A model generated the notes under the pieces. That model did not search any database. It worked only from the letters and a program-made list of their open reading frames with translations, and was not told the DNA's origin. Shown in pieces: positions 1 through 12,625 of a DNA stretch of 64,000 bases. The DNA is from Macrostomum hystrix (taxonomy: Eukaryota; Animalia; Platyhelminthes): NCBI GenBank assembly GCA_950097015.1, contig CATNEN010000007.1, positions 8,246,001 to 8,310,000 of the forward strand, written 5' to 3'. Position 1 is the first letter of the stretch; every line of letters begins with the position of its first letter. The position numbers and the translations under genes are program-made.

Positions 1-2606
1 CCTGAAATCTAGTTACTTTCCACCCTGAAATCTAACCACTTTCCACCCTGAAATCTAGCTTCTTTCCACCCTGAAATTTAACCACTTTCCACCCTGAAAT
101 CTAGTCCCTTTCTACCCTGAAATCTAGTTACAATCCACCCTGAAATCTAGTTACTTTCCACCCTGAAATCTAGTTACTTTCCACCCTGAAATCTAACCAC
201 TTTCCACCCTGAAATCTAGCTTCTTTCCACCCTGAAATTTAACCACTTTCCACCCTGAAATCTAGTCCCTTTCCACCCTGAAATCTAGTTACTTTCCACC
301 CTGAAATCTAGCTACTTTCCACCCTGAAATCTAGTTACTTTCCACCCTGAAATCTAGCTTCTTTCCACCCTGAAATCTAACCACTTTCCACCCTGAAATC
401 TAGTCCCTTTCCACACTGAAATCTAGCTACTTTCCACCCTGAAATCTAGTTACTTTCCACCCTGAAATCTAGCTACTTTCCACCCTGAAATCTAGTTACT
501 TTCCACCCTGAAATCTAGTTACTTTCCACCCTGAAATCTAGCTTCTTTCCACCCTGAAATCTAGTTACTTTCCACCCTGAAATCTAGCTACTTTCCACCC
601 TGAAATCTAACCACTTTCCACCCTGAAATCTAGTCCCTTTCCACACTGAAATCTAGCTACTTTCCTCCCTGAAATCTAGTTACTTTCCACCCTGAAATCT
701 AGTTTCTTTCCACCCTGAAATCTTGCTACTTTCCACCCTGAAATCTAGTTACTTTCCACCCTGAAGTCTTGCTACTTTCCACCCTGAAATCTAGTTACTT
801 TCCACCCTGAAATCTAGTCCCTTTCCACCCTGAAATCTAGCTACTTTCCACCCTGAAATCTAGTTACTTTCCACCCTGAAATCTAGCTTCTTTCCACCCT
901 GAAATCTAGTTACTTTCCACCCTGAAATCTAGTCCCTTTCCACCCTGAAATCTAGTTACTTTCCACCCTGAAATCTAGTCCCTTTCCACCCTGAAATCTA
1001 GCTTCTTTCCACCCTGAAATCTAGTTACTTTCCACCCTGAAATCTAGTTACTTTCCACCCTGAAATCTAGCTACTTTCCACCCTGAAATCTAGTTACTTT
1101 CCACCCTGAAATCTAGCTACTTTCCACCCTGAAATCTAGTTACCTTCCACCCTGAAATCTAGCTTCTTTCCACCCTGAAATCTAGTTACTTTCCACCCTG
1201 AAATCTAGTCCCTTTCCACCCTGAAATCTAGTTACTTTCCACCCTGAAATCTAGCTTCTTTCCACCCTGAAATCTAACCACTTTCCACCCTGAAATCTAG
1301 TCCCTTTCCACACTGAAATCTAGCTACTTTCCACCCTGAAATCTAGTTACTTTCCACCCTGAAATCTAGCTACTTTCCACCCTGAAATCTAGTTACTTTC
1401 CACCCTGAAATCTAGTTACTTTCCACCCTGAAATCTAGCTTCTTTCCACCCTGAAATCTAGTTACTTTCCACCCTGAAATCTAGCTACTTTCCACCCTGA
1501 AATCTAACCACTTTCCACCCTGAAATCTAGTCCCTTTCCACACTGAAATCTAGCTACTTTCCTCCCTGAAATCTAGTTACTTTCCACCCTGAAATCTAGT
1601 TTCTTTCCACCCTGAAATCTTGCTACTTTCCACCCTGAAATCTAGTTACTTTCCACCCTGAAATCTAGTTACTTTCCACCCTGAAATCTAGCTACTTTCC
1701 ACCCTGAAATCTAGTTACTTTCCACCCTGAAATCTAGCTACTTTCCTCCCTGAAATCTAGTTACTTTCCACCCTGAAATCTAGTTTCTTTCCACCCTGAA
1801 ATCTTGCTACTTTCCACCCTGAAATCTAGTTACTTTCCACCCTGAAATCTAGCTACTTTCCACCCTGAAATCTAGTTACTTTCCACCCTGAAATCTAGCT
1901 TCTTTCCACCCTGAAATCTAGTTACTTTCCACCCTGAAATCTAGTCCCTTTCCACCCTGAAATCTAGTTACTTTCCACCCTGAAATCTAGTCCCTTTCCA
2001 CCCTGAAATCTAGCTTCTTTCCACCCTGAAATCTAGTTACTTTCCACCCTGAAATCTAGTTACTTTCCACCCTGAAATCTAGCTACTTTCCACCCTGAAA
2101 TCTAGTTACTTTCCACCCTGAAATCTAGCTACTTTCCACCCTGAAATCTAGTTACCTTCCACCCTGAAATCTAGCTTCTTTCCACCCTGAAATCTAGTTA
2201 CTTTCCACCCTGAAATCTAGTCCCTTTCCACCCTGAAATCTAGTTACTTTCCACCCTGAAATCTAGTCCCTTTCCACCCTGAAATCTAGCTTCTTTCCAC
2301 CCTGAAATCTAGTTACTTTCCACCCTGAAATCTAGTTACTTTCCACCCTGAAATCTAGCTACTTTCCACCCTGAAATCTAGTTACTTTCCACCCTGAAAT
2401 CTAGCTACTTTCCACCCTGAAATCTAGTTACTTTCCACCCTGAAATCTAGCTTCTTTCCACCCTGAAATCTAGTTACTTTCCACCCTGAAATCTAGTCCC
2501 TTTCCACCCTGAAATCTAGTTACTTTCCACCCTGAAATCTAGTCCCTTTCCACCCTGAAATCTAGCTTCTTTCCACCCTGAAATCTAGTTACTTTCCACC
2601 CTGAAA
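1..2606. repeat. 23-bp minisatellite (CCCTGAAATCTAGTTACTTTCCA), about 113 units, runs off the window start
   Basis: Direct tandem repeat with variation concentrated in a 3-4 nt window; diagnostic variants recur at 230-bp and 897-bp spacing. Confidence 0.97.
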
Positions 2607-3052
2607 TTCAGTGATAAGCAGCTCCACCAGGCCAGTTTCTCACTGGGATATTTCAATGCAAAGATCGTGTTGGTCATAGGGCCGCCGCACATCTGTAAAG
2701 AATCGGCTGCACAGGCCATGTGGCAGGCGCTCGGGCCGGTCGCGCCGTGAGCTCCGTAAGAGTTGCCGCAGAAGCAGTAGGTGCCGTGCTGCAGCCCCAT
2801 GTACCGGAAGCCTCCCAGAGCGCAGATGCTGGCGCAGAACTGGTGGGTCTGGCCGATGTTGTTGACCGTGGCTTCCGACTCAACTGCAATCCCGCCGATA
2901 CTGCTCACTCCCACTAGCCCCGTCAGGTCCCGGTTGGGTGTCAGGGCGTCTCTGAAGCAGCCGAGGTAGGTGCGCTCGGTCACTCGGAGACTGGCGCTGG
3001 CGGTTGAGGCTATGGCAGCTGTTGCTATTGCAACTAGAAGCAAGGCGGGCAT
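2585..3052 (-). CDS. Secreted WSC-domain protein (possibly spliced at a donor near 2643 into the satellite-filled region)
   Basis: Signal peptide MPALLLVAIATAAIASTASA, then WSC signature YLGCFRD...C...C...YMGLQHGTYCFCGN...C.MACAAD..QMCGG; CCCA|GTGAGA donor-like site at 2644/2643. Confidence 0.85.
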   Translation of the reverse strand: MPALLLVAIATAAIASTASASLRVTERTYLGCFRDALTPNRDLTGLVGVSSIGGIAVESEATVNNIGQTHQFCASICALGGFRYMGLQHGTYCFCGNSYGAHGATGPSACHMACAADSLQMCGGPMTNTIFALKYPSEKLAWWSCLSLNFRVESN

Positions 3053-3235
3053 TGTGAGAGTGGCAAAATTTGTTCAAATCTTTTTTGAGGAGTCATTTGG
3101 CTCGAACTATGAGTATAAATGTAGAGACAGTTTCAACATTGATAAGGGGATCGCATAGCAACCAGGAAGCTAGCCAATGCGCTTGGATTGGGAGACGAGA
3201 AACTGGAACAGGGAATTTGGTTCTGCACATGCAAA

Positions 3236-3900
3236 TTTTAGGTTTATGAATAGATTTAGGTTTATGAATAGATTTAGGTTTATCATTCGATTTAGGTTTA
3301 TCATTCGATTTAGGTTTATCATTCGATTTAGGTTTATCATTCGATTTAGGCTTATCATTCGATTTAGGTTTATCATTCGATTTAGGTTTATCATTCGATT
3401 TAGGTTTATCATTCGATTTAGGTTTATCATTCGATTTAGGTTTATGAATAGATTTAGGTTGACGAATAGATTTAGGTTTATCATTCGATTTAGTTTTACG
3501 AATAGATTTAGGTTTGTGAATAGATTTAGGTTTATCATTCGATTTAGTTTTACGAATAGATTTATGCTTGTGAATAGATTTAGGTTTGTGAATAGATTTA
3601 GGTTTATCATTCGATTTAGTTTTACGAATAGATTTAGGTTTGTGAATAGATTTAGGTTTATCATTCGATTTAGTTTTACGAATAGATTTAGGTTTGTGAA
3701 TAGATTTAGGTTTGTGAATAGATTTTGGTTTGTGAATAGATTTAGGTTTATCATTCGATTTAGGTTTATTAATAGATTTAGGTTTATCATTCGATTTAGG
3801 TTTATTGTAAGATTTTGGTTTATCGTTAGATATATGTTTATCATTAGATTTAGGTTTATCATTAGATTTAGGTTTATTGTAATATTTAGGTTTATGAAAA
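3236..3900. repeat. 18-bp AT-rich minisatellite (TTTAGGTTTATCATTCGA / TTTAGGTTTGTGAATAGA)
   Basis: Tandem repeat; accounts for the KPKSND, MINLNR and FRFIIR pseudo-ORFs. Confidence 0.95.
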
Positions 3901-4272
3901 TATTTTTGGTTTTTTAATATATTTAGGTTATTCAATAGATTCAGGTCTGTGAAGGATTTAGGTTTTACGAGACTAAATAGACTTAATATTTAGTCGTAAT
4001 TTGTTACTAATAGTCGTTATAATATTCGTAGACTCGGGTTTTTACTCTTAGTTTGTGCTCGTACATATTATTAATATTGATAATATCGGTTATAATATAG
4101 GTTTATAGATAAATTGGTTCAAAATATTTATGAGTTTATTCAGATTGAAAGCTCGTTGTAAATTTACTTCATTGCCACATTCAGGTTTAAAATAGTCTAA
4201 AAGGGGCGCACGATAGCTTTCAATAAATTTAGCAACCGGTTTCAAAAGCTGTCAGAAAATCGCCTCCCGTTC

Positions 4273-4397
4273 TGAACCAGCAATTATCCCAGCACTCCAA
4301 ACTTGAACCAGCAATTATCCCAGCACTCCAAACTTGAACCAGCAATTATCCCAGCACTCCAAACTTGAACCAGCAATTATCCCAGCACTCCAAACTT
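4273..4397. repeat. 31-bp tandem repeat x4 (GAACCAGCAATTATCCCAGCACTCCAAACTT)
   Basis: Four near-perfect copies. Confidence 0.93.
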
Positions 4398-5270
4398 AGC
4401 TAGAATATAGCTAGAATCGAGGCAAGAACCATAGCTAGAATCGAGGCAAGAACCATAGCTAGAATCGAAGCAAGAACCATAGCTAGAATCGAAGCAAGAA
4501 CCGTAGCTAGAATCGAGGCAAGAAACATAGCTAGAATCGAGGCAAGAACCGTAGCTAGAATCGAGGCAAGAACCATAGCTAGAATCGAGGCAAGAACCAT
4601 AGCTAGAATCGAGGCAAGAACCGTAGCTAGAATCGAGGCAAGAACCATAGCTAGAATCGAGGCAAGAACCATAGCTAGAATCGAGGCAAGAACCGTAGCT
4701 AGAATCGAGGCAAGAACCATAGCTAGAATCGAGGCAAGAACCATAGCTAGAATCGAGGCAAGAACCATAGCTAGAATCGAGGCAAGAACCGTAGCTAGAA
4801 TCGAGGCAAGAACCATAGCTAGAATCGAGGCAAGAACCATAGCTAGAATCGAGGCAAGAACCGTAGCTAGAATCGAGGCAAGAACCATAGCTAGAATCGA
4901 GGCAAGAACCGTAGCTAGAATCGAGGCAAGAACCATAGCTAGAATCGAGGCAAGAACCGTAGCTAGAATCGAGGCAAGAACCATAGCTAGAATCGAGGCA
5001 AGAACCGTAGCTGGAATCGTAGCAAGAAACATAGCTGGAATCGTAGCAAGAAACATAGCTGGAATCGTAGCAAGAAACATAGCTGGAATAGAAGCAATAG
5101 CAATAAGTGTATTCGTAGCAAGAACTATAGCTAGAATCGAAGCAAGAACCGTAGGAAGAACCATTGCTAGAATCGTAACATGAACCGTAGCTAGAATCGT
5201 AACAAGAACGTAGCTAGAATCGTAGCAAGAACAGTAGCTAGAGTCGTAGCAAGAACCGTAGCTAGAATCC
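4398..5270. repeat. 24-bp minisatellite (ATAGCTAGAATCGAGGCAAGAACC), degenerating toward the right
   Basis: Tandem repeat; accounts for the LASILAMV pseudo-ORF. Confidence 0.95.
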
Positions 5271-5701
5271 AGCTGTACTGCGACCTGCTGTGCCCCGAAA
5301 AAACACAAGTCTAACATGCTATTTGTGATATATTATAATTATAATAGTAAAGATGCATTCATAGCGATATATGTAGCCACATTCTTCTGTCACAGAAAAA
5401 TATCTCTCAGAGTTATTTTGCAGTTACATACAATGCCTTCGGAGGAGTTAGAGAGGCCAGAGCACCAGCCCGCCCGCTCGGTGGCACAATTGTATTTTTA
5501 CAGTTGTTGCCCAAACGGGGTCTTAGAGACCGAGAGGGAAGAAAGACGGCCAGACAGCCAGACACAGTAGCAGCCAGTTGCTGCAGAAGGCGCAGCGGCT
5601 GTACTTAAGCTTGCCGCTGAGATCCAGAAAAAGAATTTCATTCGGTGGAGTTGAGAGCAGAGCTCAGAGCGGTCAGTCAGTGCCAGTGAAACAGTGCAAG
5701 C

Positions 5702-8700
5702 ATGGCAGCGCCAGACGCAGAGGGTCCGTACAATTATGACGGCATCGACAAACGCTTCGTCCGCCGGGCCGAAAAGGAGCTGAACGAGAAGCCGGAGCAG
5801 ATTGGCGCCCACATCGCCAGCCTCCGGCGCTGGCTGAGCAGCATGCCGCATCTCAAGTGCAGGAGCGGTGAGATGGGGAGCGGGATTGGGGAAGGAATGC
5901 CTGACAATACGCTCGCATGAGCAGTGGGGATCGGAAAAGAATGAGAAATTCTAAGAAGTGGAGATTGGGGAAGAATGTGAAATTCTAAGAAGTGGGGATC
6001 GGAGAAGAATGAGAAATTCTAAGAAGTGGGGATCGGAGAAGAATGAGAAATTCTAAGAAGTGGGGATCGGAGAAGAATGAGAAATTCTAAGAAGTGGGGA
6101 TCGGAGAAGAATAAGAAACTCTAAGAAGTGGGGATTGGGGAAGAATGAGAAACTCTAAGAAGTGGGGGATTGGGGAAGAATGAGAAATTCTAAGAAGTGG
6201 GGATCGGAGAAGAATGAGAAATTCTAAGAAGTGGGGGATTGGGGAAGAATGAGAAACTCTAAGAAGTGGGGGATCGGAGAAGAATGAGAAATTCTAAGAA
6301 GTGGGGATCGGAGAAGAATAAGAAACTCTAAGAAGTGGGGATTGGGGAAGAATGAGAAACTCTAAGAAGTGGGGGATTGGGGAAGAATGAGAAATTCTAA
6401 GAAGTGGGGATCGGAGAAGAATGAGAAACTCTAAGAAGTGGGGGATTGGGGAAGAATGAGAAATTCTAAGAAGTGGGGGATTGGGGAAGAATGAGAAACT
6501 CTAAGAAGTGGGGGATTGGGGAAGAATGAGAAACTCTAAGAAGTGGGGGATTGGGGAAGAATGAGAAATTCTAAGAAGTGGGGATCGGAGAAGAATGAGA
6601 AATTCTAAGAAGTGGGGATCGGAGAAGAATGAGAAATTCTAAGAAGTGGGGATCGGAGAAGAATAAGAAACTCTAAGAAGTGGGGATTGGGGAAGAATGA
6701 GAAATTCTAAGAAGTGGGGATCGGAGAAGAATGAGAAACTCTAAGAAGTGGGGGATTGGGGAAGAATGAGAAATTCTAAGAAGTGGGGATCGGAGAAGAA
6801 TGAGAAACTCTAAGAAGTGGGGGATTGGGGAAGAATGAGAAATTCTAAGAAGTGGGGATCGGAGAAGAATGAGAAACTCTAAGAAGTGGGGGATTGGGGA
6901 AGAATGAGAAACTCTAAGAAGTGGGGGATTGGGGAAGAATGAGAAACTCTAAGAAGTGGGGAATGGGGAAGAAGGGGAGATAATTATGAAGCTACTAAGC
7001 AGAAAGAACGCATAAGTAGAGAGGACTGTGAAAGACTTGTAGTAATTTAAAAAAAATGTTTTTATAGTATTTTTTTACAGCCATAGTGGGGCCACTTAAT
7101 ATAGTGCGTGCGGTAAAAAGCCATCACAATTCACAAACTGTCACGATGCCATGAAAGATGAGTTTTATAGCGATTTATTTATTGATTTTCTCTCAAACTG
7201 TCTCAAAAAGCCTAGATAGGGACGAGTCTGTGACGCAGAATCAGTAGCGAATTTACACGATAAAATAAGCGGGTAACTATGGAGTGCCCAGTGCCATCTC
7301 GCATGGCAAAAACTATATAAAAACTGGCTTAAAGCAAAACTAACACAAACTGAAATACTCGTACACAGAAACACACACACACACACACACACAATCTTAA
7401 ACCTCAACAACCAACCAGTGAGACAATAAACACACGACAATAGACCTGAATAAAATTGGTTTTAAAAACAGCAAAATAATGAAACTGACTGAAAACGAGA
7501 CGTGAAAAACATAGATTAAAAGGGTGCCGAGAACAAGGCGTTTTAACAAAGTGAACATAAAAGACCATGTTTGAGACATGGTGACTGCTATGCTGGTAGA
7601 GAGGGATGACCATGCGCTGACAGCAATGGAACTTTCAGATTTGGGATTAGAATCTGAAAAATGAGGAAGATGCCCTGTCTTGGGATTAGACAACCGAAAA
7701 TTACTTGAAGAGGGATTAGGCTCCCGGAAATCCCAAAACTGGGATTTGGCTCCCGGAAATCCCAAAACTAGGATTAGGCTCCCGGAAATCCCAAAACTAG
7801 GATTAGGCTCCCAAAAATCCGAAAACTGGGATTTGGCTCCCGGAAATCCCAAAACTGGGATTAGGCTCCCGGAAATCCTAAAACTGGGATTTGGCTCCCG
7901 GAAATCCCAAAACTGGGATTAGGCTCCCGGAAATCCCAAAACTGGGATTAGGCTCCCGGAAATCCCAAAACTGGGATTTGGCTCCCGGAAATCCCAAAAC
8001 TGGGATTAGGCTCCCGGAAATCCCAAAACTGGGATTAGGCTCCCGGAAATCCCAAAACTGGGATTAGGCTCCCGGAAATCCCAAAACTGGGATTTGGCTC
8101 CCGGAAATCCCAAAACTGGGATTAGGCTCCCGGAAATCCCAAAACTGGGATTAGGCTCCCGGAAATCCCAAAACTGGGATTAGGCTCCCGGAAATCCCAA
8201 AACTGGGATTAGGCTCCCGGAAATCCCAAAACTGGGATTAGGCTCCCGGAAATCCCAAAACTGGGATTAGGCTCCCGGAAATCCCAAAACTGGGATTAGG
8301 CTCCCGGAAATCCCAAAACTGGGATTTGGCTCCCGGAAATCCCAAAACTGGGATTAGGCTCCCGGAAATCCCAAAACTGGGATTTGGCTCCCGGAAATCC
8401 CAAAACTGGGATTTGGCTACCGGAAATCCCAAAACTGGGATTTGGCTCCCGGAAATCCCAAAACTGGGATTTGGCTCCCGGAAATCCCAAAACTGGGATT
8501 TACCTCCCGAAAATCGAAATACTGGGATTAGGCTCTAGAAAATTAGGAAAATATGTGAAATTGCAGCCGTCGCACAGCAAGCCCTCAAACCCAGAGTAAA
8601 AACTGAATAATTGAAAAGACAAAACGCAGAAGTCCGGCTAAAAAATCGTACAATCAAAGTTGTCAAAGCGTCATTCAGCTTTACTGCAGCCGGCGTTCAG

Positions 8701-11667
8701 TCGATTCGACTCAAACGATTCGGCGGATTCGGATTCGGCGAGGGCGAGGAGGCGATTCTCCAGATCGAACGGATCGAAAAGGAACTGCTCTGGCTTGTAG
8801 GCGGACTGAGGGGAGAAAATTGCAGGTGAATGGAATGACTCAGTAGCAAATTGCACTACTTATGAGTAGGGTACAAAGTAAATTATGCTTGAAAGGCAGG
8901 TGAATAGGCAACCAACCAGCCAGCCAACCATGCGGCCAGCAATGGGCAGCGACTCCAGATCAGGCAGGCGGGCCGCGGCGAACTCGACGCCGGCCAGCGA
9001 GGCCTCGCGGGCGCGTCGCCTGGCAGCAGCCGCGGCGGCCAACGCTGCTAGCCGGACAGCGGCAGCTGCGTCGTCATTGGCGCGTTGCTGGCGTCGATCT
9101 TGCGCAGCGACGTCATCGTTGCCGTCATCCAGGCGGGTGGCGAGATCATTGACGCGGCTCAGCAGCCGACGCCGGAGCTTGCGACCGACGCCTTCCTGCG
9201 GCGCCGAAAAAGCTTCTTCATCGTCATCCGCCGGAGCTGAAGCCCTGGCGGCCTGAGCCTCCGGCAGGTAGTGATCCACGCAGCGGTCCACCCAGGTCAC
9301 CACAAGGTCGCCGCTGTCAGCCGACAGCCGACGGCACCTTTCCAGGCTGTAGGCCTTCGCCGATTGAGCCTGCAAGATCAATTCGGAGATTGGCGATCGG
9401 CACTGTTACACATGGGGTCATGATCCCTACCAAATATCAGGAATGGGGATAATAACATCCAAAACCCTTTGGTACAGGATGGGGGGGTGAGTGGCAGAGC
9501 GTCTAACGCGTTTGCTTCTCGTACCAAAGTTTCTGAGCTTGATGCCTTCAAGAGAAGGCTTTGAGGCTTGTCGAGCAATCCGTAAAAGGCCAACCCCCCG
9601 ACGATGAGAGAGTCAGGTCAGATGTACACACCTGTGTGCGTGTGTGATCAGGAGTCAGCGGAATGGGCAGAATTGCCTCCTGGCTGTCAGCGGGTCTACT
9701 GTCACCAGATGATGTGCCATTGCCCACAGCTACACAGAAACTCAAGCATTTCCCACCTTGGCCACGGCGTTGTTAACTGGCGCCATGAGAGCCGCGGCTG
9801 CCTCCATCGTCGGCCTGACAGCGCCACGAGCCGACGCTATCAGGTCCTCGGCAGTGGCCTCCCGGACGGCCGGACAGCGGGCCTCCAGTCGATCAAGCAG
9901 CTGGGCGCAGGCTAGCCGGTCCAGGCGGGACAGGCCGGGCTCGAAGCGGGCCAGCAGGGGGCCGGCGGTGGCGGCGGCCCGTCGCAGGCCGTCCTCGGTG
10001 AAGCCGGCGGCGGCGCGGACAGAGCCGGGGCTGGCAGCCAGGGCCCAGTCGTAGTAGCTGGCGGCCCGCTGCCAGGCGGAAGCGACGGCCGGATAGGCGG
10101 CGACGCGCTGAACAAAATCGGCTACCATTTTCTCTTTGCCTTGTCTTGGCTTTGTTATAGCAATCAAGTGCGAGAGGCACGAATTTGAATTTTATAGCTG
10201 GAGTGAAAAAACGGGGGAAATTCTTGACGACTTTTAGACGAGACACGAGAGATCTCGGGTTCGAATCTGTTGAGGATGAATGAAAATGTATTGCCAAACG
10301 CGCACTAATGAGCTAATCAGCTAATAACTGCTGTCTGCGGTTGTCCTGCATATTTAAAATACCTCAGCCAGCCAGACAGATAAGAAGGGCCGGAAAATGG
10401 GGCAAAGTTAAAAGTCCCATATAGTAGCTATCCGAAAGGTTGAGTCATATATTTCGGGACTAATATCGACGCATGCGAGATATTAATAGACTCAAAGAGA
10501 AAAGTCTGAAGTCTAAAGTCGATGTTGTGTCACAACCAAATGCAAGGAGAATGACCAAATTAATTGCTAATGCACTTGTTGTAGATTAAAAAACAAATAA
10601 AAGCTACAACATGTGGCTTTTCGAGGCACTTTTCCGAATAAACAGACAAGGGTTATTTGAAGGACACTCACAAATCAGTATACGTTGGATATTCTTTAAT
10701 GGATCATAGTCATAAACTAGAGTTCTAGCCTCCAATAGGTCATGATCCCTACCAGAGTACTAGCAATATTTTGTCTAATGTACTCGTATCACAAATCCCA
10801 TTCGAAACCATAATTTTCCTAGACGATCGCTTCCTGCTGCGGTTCCTGCGAGTGGCCAAATTCGACCAGAGCCGCGCCCAGATGCTGCTGGACAACTACG
10901 TGACGATCCGCAAGTCCGACAAGGGCACGCCCCAGTGGTTCGAGTACCCGAGCCTGGACAGCCCTGAGGTTCAGGAATACCTCGGCCATCCCTACCACGT
11001 GTTCCTCGGACACACCAGCGAAGGCGAAGGCGTCTTCGTGTCTTCCATGACGCACTGGGATCCGGACAAGATGAGCTTTGACCAGCTGGTCCGCTGCCTC
11101 TACATGTCCATGGACGCGGTGCAGCTAGACCAGTACAACCAGATCAACGGCGTGAAGGTGCTGGTGAACATGAGCCGAGCCGATAAGCGCCAGCTCAGCT
11201 TCTTCGAGAATCGCAAGAATTTCTTCGCCCTGATGCGCAACTGGCAGGACGCATTTCCGGTGCGCATCCGCGCCGTCATCTACGTAAACGAGCCCGTCTT
11301 CTTCGATGTGATCTTCGCGCTGATCAAGAGCGCGCCTTTCCTCAAGGACAAGTTCAAGAAGAAGCTGCACAAAGTCGGCAAAGACTATGACCGGCTCAAG
11401 CGGATCATCGGCGAGCAGGACGCCGACCGGCTGCTGCCCAAGGAGTTCGGCGGCAGCAACGGCTCGCTGCAGGACCGGACGCAGTGGACGAGGGACATGT
11501 TCTACAGCGACCGGCTCAAGCGGGAATGGAGCCTGTTGCGCGAGGACATGGCCGTAGACGAGGCCAAGCGGCTGCCAACAACCCGCGACTATCTGCGCAC
11601 CGATGACAGCGCCGCCGACCCGACCACCGGCATCCGGGGCACCTTCACCAAGCTCAACGTTGACTGA
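5702..11667 (+). CDS. CRAL-TRIO (Sec14-like) lipid-binding protein, alpha-tocopherol transfer protein/clavesin/CRALBP family; exons 5702-5867 and 10823-11667
   Basis: Exon 1 AEKELNEKPE...LRRWL...PHL joins in phase 1 (AGC G|GTGAGA ... CCTAG|AC) to DDRFLLRFLRVAKFD; QINGV, QDAFPVRIRA..YVNEP and LLPKEFGG motifs. Confidence 0.93.
5923..6975. repeat. 34/35-bp purine-rich minisatellite (AAGAATGAGAAATTCTAAGAAGTGGGGATCGGAG) in the CRAL-TRIO intron
   Basis: Tandem array starting about 55 bp after the exon-1 donor. Confidence 0.95.
7712..8535. repeat. 29-bp minisatellite (GGGATTAGGCTCCCGGAAATCCCAAAACT) with an internal hairpin
   Basis: Tandem array; GGGATT(T)...(A)AATCCC inverted pair inside each unit. 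Confidence 0.95.
8671..10128 (-). CDS. Perilipin (PAT-domain lipid-droplet protein) nested antisense in the CRAL-TRIO intron; exons 10128-9757, 9369-~8929, 8805-8671
   Basis: PAT-like N-terminus MVADFVQRVAAYPAVASAW...YY...A..LLARFEPGLSRLDRLACAQLLDRLEARCPAV, downstream VDRCVDHYLPE motif; phase-0 GT-AG junctions; last exon less certain. Confidence 0.85.
9480..9735 (+). mobile_element. Degenerate copy of tRNA-derived SINE family A (in perilipin intron 1)
   Basis: GTGGCAGAGCG head and the CAGATGTACACACCTGTGTG...CAGGAGTCAGCG..GGGCAGAATTGCCTCCT body shared with the copies at 22.8k, 40.7k and 44.7k. Confidence 0.75.
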
Positions 11668-12548
11668 GGACAGCCGCTAAGTACCGCTTGCCGTCCTAGA
11701 CACCTCCCATGCTGATCAAAGACACCCGCTTAACTATAACCTTACACCCCTATAATCACCAGACAACAACTTTAAAACAATAACATAGTGAATAAAAAAT
11801 ATAAACCCAAGTTTACATCTGGCCTTAAAGAGCCAGTAAATAAAAACGCTGATCTGCAAGCCTATCCTATCTAACAAAATACTGAGATGAAAAAAGCAAG
11901 AACAACAAAGCCATTTTGGTGACGCGGTGAACTACAGTAAGCTTTATATGTATTTTTATTCATTAGCAAATATTGACAAATAATATAGTACGAGTAGAAA
12001 ACTGTGACAATGTGCCAGCCGAGATACATTTTTTCAGACAGAAGACAAAGACAGTCAGGTGAAACTACTAATTGCATTCCTTATCAAGCATATTCTATCA
12101 ATCCTACTAACAGAAGCACAGGATAAGATAGAAAATCTAACAACAGATTGCACGTGAGCTAGCTCTTGTACTGAAATGATAATAAAAATTCAACTGATAA
12201 AAAGGTAACACTTGCAAGCAAAGTATAATTTATTGATCAATAATAAAAACTCTCTTTGATTCCGAGTGGTGTTTCACGCGAGTTGCTAAGCAACCAGTCC
12301 GTTGTGTGCAAAGTGAGACCAGTGTTCAAGACAGTCTTAAAAGTACCTGCTCCGTGAGAAAAAATGTGCAAAAAATGGAATGCAAATTCTCAATAGACCA
12401 CTCAAGATAGTAGTGAGGGACTATAGACACCGAAATACACAATTTAACCAATTCAGTCAATAACAAGCTAAGCAATAGTCGACCCGAAGTCACCTGACCC
12501 ATACGTTCTGATGTTCAGACTATACTCTACTCAAGCCGTCTCTACACA

Positions 12549-12625
12549 TGAATGTGGCCACGCCGCGGATTCGAGCTCAGGACCTTGTTGCAAGAGTCGG
12601 AGGTGGGTTACCGCTCTGCCGCCAT
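12549..12625 (-). mobile_element. SINE family A 5' head fragment
   Basis: GAATGTGGCC.CGCCGCGGATTCGAGCTCAGGACCTT...ACCGCTCTGCC matches the reverse complement of the family head. Confidence 0.65.

Noticed and set aside
1-2606. CRISPR-like regularly spaced repeats
   Set aside because: Units are contiguous with no unique spacers, no cas genes are present, and the context is eukaryotic
3093-3935. 280-aa KPKSND ORF resembling a histone H1-like or structural protein
   Set aside because: Several frames on both strands are open because of the 18-bp repeat; no non-repetitive coding signal
4400-5317. 305-aa hydrophobic LASILAMV ORF
   Set aside because: Translation of the 24-bp minisatellite
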